Under the pieces are notes generated by a model. That model ran no database searches and was not told the DNA's origin. It was given only the letters and a program-made list of their open reading frames with translations. 64,000 nucleotides of DNA from Burkholderiales bacterium (lineage in GTDB: Bacteria; Pseudomonadota; Gammaproteobacteria; Burkholderiales; SG8-39): NCBI GenBank assembly GCA_035499575.1, contig DATJYN010000018.1, positions 9,191-73,190 on the forward strand, given 5' to 3'. Of the stretch, positions 20,145-27,575 are shown piece after piece (within the stretch, counting starts at the first letter, position 1; each line of letters opens with the position of its first letter). The position numbers were made by a program, and so were the translations under genes.

Positions 20145-20194
20145 GGAATGATCAAGCGAGTTGAATTTTAAGGGGTCGCACACCGATCCGAACG

Positions 20195-20224
20195 AAAAGA
20201 GAGCGGCTCGCACCGCCCTCTTTT
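20195..20224 (-). terminator. Hairpin plus U-tract between pstS and pstC (attenuator or partial terminator)
   Basis: Minus strand reads AAAAGAGGGCGG-TGCGAG-CCGCTCTCTTTTCGTT: a 9-bp stem with one mismatch followed by a T-run, within the 106-nt pstS-pstC spacer. Confidence 0.55.
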
Positions 20225-20250
20225 CAGATCAACGACTTGGCGCCGGGCGC

Positions 20251-21291
20251 TCAATAGACGGTCTTGCCCGAAGCGTCCTTGATTTGCTTCCAAACGCTCC
20301 GTATCTGGTTGACTACCGCGTCCGGCATCGGAATGTAATCGAGCTCGGATGCCATCTGGTCGCCGTTCGCGTACGACCATTCGAAGAACTTGAGAACCTG
20401 CTTGGCGTTCTCCGGATTGGACTGAACCTTGTGCATCAGGATGAATGTTGCGCCGGCAATCGGCCAGGAATCCTTGCCGGGCGCATCGGTCAGGATCATG
20501 TACATGCCGGGCGCCTGTTTCCAATCGGCGCCCGCCGCCGCGGCCATCACCGCTTCCGGGGTCGGCGAGACGACGCTGCCATTGCGGTTGACCATCTTGG
20601 CGAACGTAAGCTTGTTCTGCTTCGCGTAGGCGGATTCGACGTAGCCGATCGCCCCGTCGATGCGGCCGACGTAGTTGGCGACGCCTTCATTGCCCTTGCC
20701 GCCAACGCCCGTGGGCCACTTCACAGAGGTGCCCTCGCCGACGCCCGATTTCCAGTCCGGGCTCACCTTGGACAGGTAGTTCGTAAAGATGAAAGTCGTG
20801 CCGGAGCCATCCGACCGGTGCACAACGGATATTGCCTGGTCCGGCAGCGCCACGCCCGGATTATTGGCCTTAAGGGCCGCGTCGTTCCACTTCGCGATCT
20901 TGCCCAGGTAAATGTCCGCAAGCTGAGCCGGCGTCAGCGTGATCTGTCCCGAACCCACGCCCTTCAGGTTGAACACCGGAACGACGCCGCCCATGACCGT
21001 CGGAAACTGCAGCAAGCCGTCCTTGTCCAGCTGTTCGGGCTGCAGCGGCATGTCCGATGCGCCGAAGTCAACGGTCTTCGCGGTGATCTGCTTGATGCCG
21101 CCGCCCGATCCTATCGACTGATAATTGAGCCCGACGCCGGTGGATTTTCTGTAGGCATCCGCCCATTTGGCGTATATCGGGTAAGGAAAAGTCGCGCCGG
21201 CGCCGGTGATATCGCCCGCCACAGCACTGCCGGAAATCGCAGCGGCTGCGATGGCGCCTATCAGCGAAGCCCGAAAGCTGAGTTTGAACAT
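20251..21291 (-). CDS. pstS: Phosphate ABC transporter substrate-binding protein PstS
   Basis: ORF 20251..22554 trimmed to ATG 21291: signal peptide MFKLSFRASLIGAIAAAAISGSAVA, then GAGATFPYPIYAKWA. 346 aa. Confidence 0.95.
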   Translation of the reverse strand: MFKLSFRASLIGAIAAAAISGSAVAGDITGAGATFPYPIYAKWADAYRKSTGVGLNYQSIGSGGGIKQITAKTVDFGASDMPLQPEQLDKDGLLQFPTVMGGVVPVFNLKGVGSGQITLTPAQLADIYLGKIAKWNDAALKANNPGVALPDQAISVVHRSDGSGTTFIFTNYLSKVSPDWKSGVGEGTSVKWPTGVGGKGNEGVANYVGRIDGAIGYVESAYAKQNKLTFAKMVNRNGSVVSPTPEAVMAAAAGADWKQAPGMYMILTDAPGKDSWPIAGATFILMHKVQSNPENAKQVLKFFEWSYANGDQMASELDYIPMPDAVVNQIRSVWKQIKDASGKTVY

Positions 21292-21347
21292 GGATTCCCT
21301 TTCTTTGCGGATATGTGAAATAACCTGCCGCACCTTATCGGTCGCGT

Positions 21348-21365
21348 GTGACAGTAAGATGACAA
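21348..21365 (-). promoter_or_regulatory. Pho box (PhoB binding site) upstream of pstS
   Basis: Minus strand TTGTCAT-CTTA-CTGTCAC, compared with the E. coli consensus CTGTCAT-A(A/T)A(T/A)-CTGTCA(C/T). About 57 nt upstream of the pstS ATG. Confidence 0.75.
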
Positions 21366-21438
21366 CAGCCGGAACATCGATGGCTCCGGGGGTAAAATTC
21401 CCACCTGCTTTTCCGAACTGGTCGATCCGGAGAAACCC

Positions 21439-22923
21439 ATGAATTCGCCCAAGCAGGCGGGCCTGCCGCCGCTCCCCCTGAAAGATCCCAAGCTGTTCCG
21501 CGAGCAGTGCTATCTGGACGGTGCCTGGACCGGCGCCGATTCGAAGAAGACGTTCGCTGTCCACAATCCCGCAACCGGCGAGGCGATCGGCGGCGTGCCC
21601 GACCTGGGCGCAGCGGAAACCAGGCGCGCCATCGAGGCCGCCGAGCGAGCGCTGCCTGCCTGGCGCGCGAAGACCGCGAAGGAACGCGCAGCGATCCTGC
21701 GCAAGTGGAACGACCTGATCCTCGCCAACTTGGACGACCTCGCGCTGATCCTCACCTCCGAGCAGGGCAAGCCGCTCGCCGAGGCCAAGGGCGAGATCCA
21801 GATCGGCGCCGCCTACATCGAATGGTTCTCGGAAGAAGCGAAGCGCATCTACGGCGACACCATCCCTACGCCCTGGGCCGATCGGCGCATCGTCGTCGTC
21901 AAGCAGCCGGTCGGCGTATGCGCGGCGATCACGCCGTGGAACTTCCCGCACTCGATGATCACCCGCAAGATCGCCCCGGCGCTCGCGGCCGGCTGCACCG
22001 TGGTGCTGAAACCCGCGGAACAGACGCCCTACTCCGCGCTCGCACTGGCGGAGCTCGCCGAGCGCGCCGGATTCCCCAAGGGGGTGATCAATATCCTCAC
22101 TGGCGATGCCCCTGCGATCGGCGGCGAGATGTGCGCCAACCCGGCCGTGCGCAAGGTTTCGTTCACCGGTTCGACCGAGGTCGGCCGCCTGCTGATGAAG
22201 CAGTCCGCGCCGACGGTGAAGAAAATTTCCCTGGAACTCGGCGGCAACGCGCCATTCATCGTTTTCGACGACGCCGACCTTGACGCCGCGGTCGAGGGCG
22301 CGATGGCGTCGAAGTACCGCAACAGCGGCCAGACCTGCGTCTGCGCCAACCGGCTGTTCGTGCACGACAAGGTCTACGACAGGTTCGCCGAAAAGCTGGT
22401 CGCCAAGGTGAATTCGCTGAAGGTGTCGCCCGGCACCGAGGCCGGCGCGACGCAGGGCCCGCTGATCGACCTGGCCGCGCTCGCCAAGGTCGAGGACCAC
22501 GTCGCCGACGCCACCTCCGGCGGCGCGAAGGTGCTCGCGGGCGGCAAGCGCCACGCGCGCGGCGGCACCTTCTACGAGCCGACCGTGCTCGCCGACGTGA
22601 AGCCCGGCATGAAGATTTTCCGCGAGGAGACCTTCGGCCCGGTGGCACCGCTATTCCGCTTCAAGACGGACGAGGAAGTGGTCGATCTCGCCAACCGCAC
22701 CGAATACGGCCTGGCGGCCTACTTCTACAGCCGCGACATCGGCCGCGTCTGGCGCGTCGCCGAAGCGCTCGACTACGGCATGGTCGGCGTAAATTCGGGT
22801 CTGATCACCACCGAGGTGGCGCCCTTCGGCGGCGTCAAGCAGTCCGGCCTCGGTCGCGAAGGCTCCAAGTACGGCTGCGAAGAATTCATCGAAGTGAAGT
22901 ACATCTGCATGGGCGGCGTATAG
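21439..22923 (+). CDS. gabD: NAD(P)-dependent succinate-semialdehyde dehydrogenase
   Basis: 494 aa aldehyde dehydrogenase with the catalytic region ELGGNAP and NSGQTCVCANR. The overall sequence is typical of GabD. Confidence 0.9.
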   Translation: MNSPKQAGLPPLPLKDPKLFREQCYLDGAWTGADSKKTFAVHNPATGEAIGGVPDLGAAETRRAIEAAERALPAWRAKTAKERAAILRKWNDLILANLDDLALILTSEQGKPLAEAKGEIQIGAAYIEWFSEEAKRIYGDTIPTPWADRRIVVVKQPVGVCAAITPWNFPHSMITRKIAPALAAGCTVVLKPAEQTPYSALALAELAERAGFPKGVINILTGDAPAIGGEMCANPAVRKVSFTGSTEVGRLLMKQSAPTVKKISLELGGNAPFIVFDDADLDAAVEGAMASKYRNSGQTCVCANRLFVHDKVYDRFAEKLVAKVNSLKVSPGTEAGATQGPLIDLAALAKVEDHVADATSGGAKVLAGGKRHARGGTFYEPTVLADVKPGMKIFREETFGPVAPLFRFKTDEEVVDLANRTEYGLAAYFYSRDIGRVWRVAEALDYGMVGVNSGLITTEVAPFGGVKQSGLGREGSKYGCEEFIEVKYICMGGV

Positions 22924-22925
22924 CG

Positions 22926-23921
22926 GTGGCTAACGGCGAAGAGTTCAAGGACGACTTCCGCAAGGCGCTACCGCCGGAACTGGTGCAGCGCCTGTCGCGC
23001 ATATCGCCCTGGCGCTCGGCCTGGTCGGTGGCGCAGGAATTCCTGGTGCTCCTGGCGCTGATCGCCGTGGCGCTCGCCTGGTGGACGCCCTGGGTCGTGA
23101 TCCCCTGCGTGCTCCTGATCGGCGCACGCCAGCATGCACTGTTCGTGCTTGCGCATGAGTCGGCGCACTACCGTTTGTTCGAGGGACGCTGGCTGAACGA
23201 CCTCATCGGGCGGGTCTGCGCCACGCTGCAGGGGCTCTCCATGCGCACCTACCGCGTGATCCACCGCCTGCACCACAATAACCTCTATACCGAACTCGAC
23301 CCGGACACCGCGCTGCACGGCGGCTACCCCAGGGGCAAGGCCTATCTGGCCAGGAAACTGCTGAAGGACCTCACCGGCTTCACCGCCTGGAAGACCTACG
23401 CCTATTTCCTCGGCGGGGCGCCCGCGCTGAACACCGCCACCAAGGTCGCGATCCGGCCGCTCGACGACACCTCGGCGAAGCTCCGGGAAGAAGCCAGGAT
23501 CGACAGGAACACCGTCATCGCCGTTCACGCATTGTTGTTGTTCTTCTTTTTATCGACTGGCTTCATTGTCGAATATCTTGTTCTCTGGATTCTCCCGCTC
23601 CTGACGGTTGTTCAGGCAATCCTGAGATTGCGCGCGATCGCGGAACATGGCGCGACCACCGATTTTTCCTCGCCGCTCACCGCGGCGCGCACCAACCTGG
23701 TCCCGGCCTGGCTTGGCTGGCTCCTGTTTCCGCACAACGTCAACTACCACATCGAACACCATCTCTACGCCTCTGTGCCCCAGTACAACCTGCCAGCGCT
23801 GCATCGGGAACTGGAGAGCCGGGGCCTGCTGGACGGCGCGGAAGCGGTCCCTTTCTCTGCCACGCTCGGGAAGATCTTTGCCGACAGGGCTGCACCGGCC
23901 GCCGCGGCGGCAGCGCGCTAG
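22926..23921 (+). CDS. Membrane fatty acid desaturase family protein
   Basis: Three histidine boxes: HESAHY, HRLHHNN and HIEHHLY. Multi-TM. GTG start 3 nt after the gabD stop. Confidence 0.85.
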   Translation: MANGEEFKDDFRKALPPELVQRLSRISPWRSAWSVAQEFLVLLALIAVALAWWTPWVVIPCVLLIGARQHALFVLAHESAHYRLFEGRWLNDLIGRVCATLQGLSMRTYRVIHRLHHNNLYTELDPDTALHGGYPRGKAYLARKLLKDLTGFTAWKTYAYFLGGAPALNTATKVAIRPLDDTSAKLREEARIDRNTVIAVHALLLFFFLSTGFIVEYLVLWILPLLTVVQAILRLRAIAEHGATTDFSSPLTAARTNLVPAWLGWLLFPHNVNYHIEHHLYASVPQYNLPALHRELESRGLLDGAEAVPFSATLGKIFADRAAPAAAAAAR

Positions 23922-25044
23922 CACTTTCCGACAGCGACTCCAGGAAGGCCACCAGATCCGACGACTCCCCGGCGCTCAGGTGCAGGGGTTTGAGCAGCTT
24001 CTCGCTGTCGGCGTGCAGGCGGTCGGGATCGATTTCGGAGTAGTGGCGCACCACATCTGCCAGCGTCGCCAGGCTGCCGTTGTGCATATACGGCGCCGTC
24101 TTCCCGACGTTGCGCAGCGACGGCACCTTGAATTCACCGAAATTGCGGTGTTCCTCCGCCAGCTGCCGCGTCTTGATCGCGCTTTGACCACTGGCATCGT
24201 CGTTGTAGACGCCCAGCAGATTGAGCGGGTTGGCCTGCAATTTCCGGATGCCCGCATAGCGCCCCGCGTCAACGCCGCCCTTGATGAAAAATGGTATGCC
24301 GGTGTCGTGGAATTCGCCGTTGGTGAACTCCGGCCCGGCATGGCAGGCACTGCAGTTGCCGCGGCCGACGAATATGCGCAACCCCCGCTGCGCCGCTTCC
24401 GGATATTTTTTCATCGACGCGAGATCGCCAGCAGCCAGCGCGTCGCGGAACTCGTCGAACGGCGTTCGGCCGCTCACCAGCGTCTCTTGGAACGCGGCCA
24501 GCGCCTTGCCGACGCCCGCGAGCACCGCTTCGTCCGCCGCGGGGAGCGGCGCGCCGAAGATTTTCTGGAAACGGCAGGAAAGTTCGGCATCGCCTCGCAC
24601 CAGTGCCGCCACCTGCGCCGCGCCGCCCCCCATCTCGCGCGGCTCCAGGATCGGCCGCACGCTCTGCGACCAGAGCGAGTCCCCGGCGCCATCCCAGCCG
24701 AACCAGCGGTGATAGCGCACATCCAGCAGGCCCTGGGTATTGCGATCGACCTCCGCGAGGCCGAAGGCGCGTGCGCGGCCGTCCTGCCAGCCGCGGAACG
24801 GCGCATGGCAGGTCGCGCACAGCACCTTGCCGGAGGGCGAAAGGCGCGGGTTGAAGAACAGGCGCTCGCCCAGTTCCACGGCCTCTGGATTGCCCGAGGC
24901 GCGGTTGCTGGGATCGCGCGCCCATGGGGCGGGCCAGGGGCCATGGCGCAGGATGGCGCGCGTTTCCGCTTCCGAATATTCCGGGACCTGCGCCTCCGCT
25001 GTGGCCGCGCAAAGCAGCAGCGCAACAACCAGAACGCGGATCAC
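23740..25044 (-). CDS. Di-haem cytochrome c peroxidase / MauG family protein
   Basis: Signal peptide, two CxxCH sites (CATCH, CSACH) and the PYMHNGS distal-Met region. The conserved part ends near LVAFLESLSES (about 23923). The last 60 aa are an Arg/Pro-rich tail antisense to the desaturase 3' end. Confidence 0.88.
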   Translation of the reverse strand: MIRVLVVALLLCAATAEAQVPEYSEAETRAILRHGPWPAPWARDPSNRASGNPEAVELGERLFFNPRLSPSGKVLCATCHAPFRGWQDGRARAFGLAEVDRNTQGLLDVRYHRWFGWDGAGDSLWSQSVRPILEPREMGGGAAQVAALVRGDAELSCRFQKIFGAPLPAADEAVLAGVGKALAAFQETLVSGRTPFDEFRDALAAGDLASMKKYPEAAQRGLRIFVGRGNCSACHAGPEFTNGEFHDTGIPFFIKGGVDAGRYAGIRKLQANPLNLLGVYNDDASGQSAIKTRQLAEEHRNFGEFKVPSLRNVGKTAPYMHNGSLATLADVVRHYSEIDPDRLHADSEKLLKPLHLSAGESSDLVAFLESLSESASALPPRRPVQPCRQRSSRAWQRKGPLPRRPAGPGSPVPDAALAGCTGAQRRRDGVRCGS

Positions 25045-25439
25045 TCGACTTGGACGCTGTGGGTCAGCCGCTCGGCGCCGAGGTCGAAGATGAATTCCCA
25101 GCGCCCGGGCATGTGGAACAGCCAGCCCTCCGAATGGAAGCGGCCGGGGCCCAGCGTGACGACCTTGATCCGGTAGTTCATGCCATGGCGATGTTCCGGC
25201 ATGCGCGCGTCAAATTTGACGCGCTCCATAACCACTTCACCGTGCTTCGGGCAGGCCGCGAGTTCCAGGGCAAAGGGTTTGCCGACCGCAATTTTTGCGG
25301 GAATGGTCCAGTAGGAGATCGCCAGCCGCTCGGATTCGACGCGCGTGCCCGGCGGCAACTCGCAGCCGAGCGCGGAACCGCAGAATGCCAGCGCGCCGAG
25401 CGCGAAGCGGGCGAGCGCGCGTGCGGCCGGCCGGCACAT
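25041..25439 (-). CDS. Small secreted protein of unknown function with His/Met motifs
   Basis: ORF 25041..25628 trimmed to ATG 25439, giving the signal peptide MCRPAARALARFALGALAFCGSALG. Motifs MPEHRHGMNY and FHMPGRWEF. GTGA overlap with the peroxidase start. Confidence 0.7.
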   Translation of the reverse strand: MCRPAARALARFALGALAFCGSALGCELPPGTRVESERLAISYWTIPAKIAVGKPFALELAACPKHGEVVMERVKFDARMPEHRHGMNYRIKVVTLGPGRFHSEGWLFHMPGRWEFIFDLGAERLTHSVQVE

Positions 25440-25458
25440 CGCCAAGCCCGAACGGGGC

Positions 25459-26889
25459 CTATTCTTTCGCGCCGCCCTGCTGCAGCAGTGCAACCAGCGC
25501 GGCGCCCGCGCTGCCGCGCGCCTTGGCGATCGAAAGCGCCGTGGCGCCGCCCCAGGAACGCAAGTTCGGATCTGCGCCCTTCTGCAGCAGCATCGCCGCC
25601 ATGGCAGCATCGCCGTTGCCGACCGCAACCATCAGCGGCGTCATGCCGTCGGACTGGCGAGCGTCGGGAGACTTGCCATCGTCGAGCAACTGCTTGACGG
25701 CCGCGCGGTCGCCCATGACTGCAGCAGTGACCACGTCGTTGTAGCTCGTATAGAGCTCGCGGATATTCGCGGGACGGCGGTAACCGACCGGTGCGGCAGG
25801 CGTCGCCGGCGCGCTGGCGGCCGGTTTCTCGGCAGGTGCCTGCGGCTCAGCCTTGGCCAGCGGTTCGGGCGCGGGTTCGGGTGCCTTGGCTGCCGCCGCT
25901 CCGCGACTGGCCAGCGCTAGCGGCGCCACGGCCTTGCCTAGCTCACTGCCGCGGCTGACCAGCACCGTCTTGATGGCACCGGCGAGCTGGTCCGAACCCC
26001 AACGGCCGGTATCCGTGTCCAACAGTTTCAGATACTCGGACAGTTCCGCGTCGCTCACGTCCCGGTAGATGACGTTCTGCAGGCTCCTGAAGTTGCCGCG
26101 CGCCTGGCTGCGCATGGTGTTCAACTGTCCAGCGACGGACTCGCGCGCTTCCTTCGGCACCTTCTTGCCGGCTTTCTGCAGCGAATCGAGCATCACATCG
26201 ACCATGTCGCGCGCCATCGCGCTCGCCAGTTCGCCGCCCAGCTCGGAGGCGTGCGTCACCTCGTCGATCGCCTGGATCAGCTTCACGCGTGCCACCGGTG
26301 GAGGATTCTTGCGGAAATTCTCCGAAGCGTCCTTCACTACGTCGGCGGGCAGAGGTCCTGATTCGAGTCCCGCCATCTTGAGCGCGACGGGCTGGCGCAG
26401 CAATTCGAGGAAGCGCGCCATGCGCTCGGCGTCCAGGTTGCTCTTCATATTGGCCGCGATATCGGCAGTCATCTTCGCCGGATCCAAGCTGCGCCCGAGG
26501 ATATCGTTCACGGCGGCCTCGTCGCCGCCGGCCTTGAGCATGGTTTCGCGGCTGAAAACCAGCATCTGCCCGCGCAGCCCGGAAGCTTCGATCACCGCGG
26601 CAATCAGCTTGTCCGGATCCGTGGGAATCGGTTTGGCCGCGGGCTTCGCCGCGGCCGGGGCTGCGGCAGCGGTTTGGGGCGCGCCGCCTTGCTTGCCGGC
26701 ATCTGCCTTGGCAGCATCGGCCGCTTTCGCTGCGTTGGGCCCCTTGGCTGGTTCCGCTACCTTGGCGGCGGGACGCGGGGGCGGCGCCTCATCCTGGAAA
26801 AGGAAGAACCAGGCGCCCGCGCCCGCTGCCGCGAGTAATACCACGACGCCAGCAAGAATTTTCGTCCGTTTGCTCATTTCGATGGCCAT
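25459..26889 (-). CDS. Membrane-anchored ankyrin-repeat protein
   Basis: ORF 25459..27102 trimmed to ATG 26889, which is preceded by GGAGGA. N-terminal anchor KRTKILAGVVVLLAAAGAGAWFFLF, Ala/Pro/Lys-rich linkers, and a central region resembling DUF2059 (YRDVSDAELSEYLKLLDTDTGRWG, from recollection). C-terminal ankyrin repeats (DGMTPLMVAVGNGDAAMAAMLLQKGADPN). Confidence 0.8.
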   Translation of the reverse strand: MAIEMSKRTKILAGVVVLLAAAGAGAWFFLFQDEAPPPRPAAKVAEPAKGPNAAKAADAAKADAGKQGGAPQTAAAAPAAAKPAAKPIPTDPDKLIAAVIEASGLRGQMLVFSRETMLKAGGDEAAVNDILGRSLDPAKMTADIAANMKSNLDAERMARFLELLRQPVALKMAGLESGPLPADVVKDASENFRKNPPPVARVKLIQAIDEVTHASELGGELASAMARDMVDVMLDSLQKAGKKVPKEARESVAGQLNTMRSQARGNFRSLQNVIYRDVSDAELSEYLKLLDTDTGRWGSDQLAGAIKTVLVSRGSELGKAVAPLALASRGAAAAKAPEPAPEPLAKAEPQAPAEKPAASAPATPAAPVGYRRPANIRELYTSYNDVVTAAVMGDRAAVKQLLDDGKSPDARQSDGMTPLMVAVGNGDAAMAAMLLQKGADPNLRSWGGATALSIAKARGSAGAALVALLQQGGAKE

Positions 26890-26891
26890 AC

Positions 26892-26918
26892 GCAATCCTC
26901 CGGCATGTGCAATCCTCC
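26892..26918 (-). repeat. Direct duplication of a 10-mer carrying the RBS (GGAGGATTGC x2, 17-nt period)
   Basis: Forward strand GCAATCCTCC at 26892-26901 and 26909-26918. On the minus strand each copy is followed 3 nt later by an ATG. Confidence 0.85.
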
Positions 26919-27017
26919 CTTCAGACCGCCACGCATACGGGGGATGATACCTGCGCGCGCGCGTCCTAGCGAATCCGCGCCGGGAATCGCGCCGCAGGCA
27001 TGAGGTAGACTTTTGCC

Positions 27018-27557
27018 ATGGCCAATGAACACATTGCCGCGTTGAAAAACGTGGCGCTCTGCGGGGCGCTGTCGGCGCCGGAGCTCGAGGCAATTGCCGC
27101 AATTGCCGAGGCGCGCACTATTGCCGCCGGACGGGACCTGTTCCGCGAGTCCGATCCGGGCGAGGGCCTGTTCCTCATCATCGCGGGAGAAGTCAGCGTC
27201 ATCAAGCGAGGCGCGGGCAGCGAACATTCGCTCGCTCGCCTGGGGGCAGGCGGCGTGCTGGGCGAAATGTCGCTGGTGACGGCCGAACCGCGTTCGGCGA
27301 CCTGCCGCGCGCTCGCCGAGACGCGCGTGCTGTACCTGCCGGCGGCACGTTTTCGCGGCATGCTCGACGCCGGCTCGATCGCCGCGCACAAGATCGTCGC
27401 TGCGATCGCCGAGGTGCTCGCGCGCCGTCTCGCGACGATGAACGGGATGGTCCTGGATTTTGCCGAAAAACCCGCCGCCGCTGCGGGCGCCCGTTCGCCG
27501 CTCAAGACGCAGGATCTGCGCGAACTGCACCGCACGATGCAGGTCTGGTCTTTCTAA
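27018..27557 (+). CDS. Stand-alone cyclic nucleotide-binding domain protein
   Basis: CAP_ED-type phosphate-binding cassette GEMSLVTAEPRSATCRA. 179 aa with no recognisable DNA-binding or enzymatic output domain. Confidence 0.85.
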   Translation: MANEHIAALKNVALCGALSAPELEAIAAIAEARTIAAGRDLFRESDPGEGLFLIIAGEVSVIKRGAGSEHSLARLGAGGVLGEMSLVTAEPRSATCRALAETRVLYLPAARFRGMLDAGSIAAHKIVAAIAEVLARRLATMNGMVLDFAEKPAAAAGARSPLKTQDLRELHRTMQVWSF

Positions 27558-27575
27558 TCCCCTGCCGGGATATTC

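Noticed and set aside
21292-22554. Upstream 421 codons of the 767-aa ORF that contains pstS
   Set aside because: This part is antisense to gabD and lacks any PstS-like sequence. The signal peptide, RBS context and Pho box all support the internal ATG at 21291.
27558-27575. Short inverted repeat ATCCC-N5-GGGAT between the convergent cNMP-binding gene and ychF as a bidirectional terminator
   Set aside because: A 5-bp stem without a U-tract is too weak to call from sequence alone.
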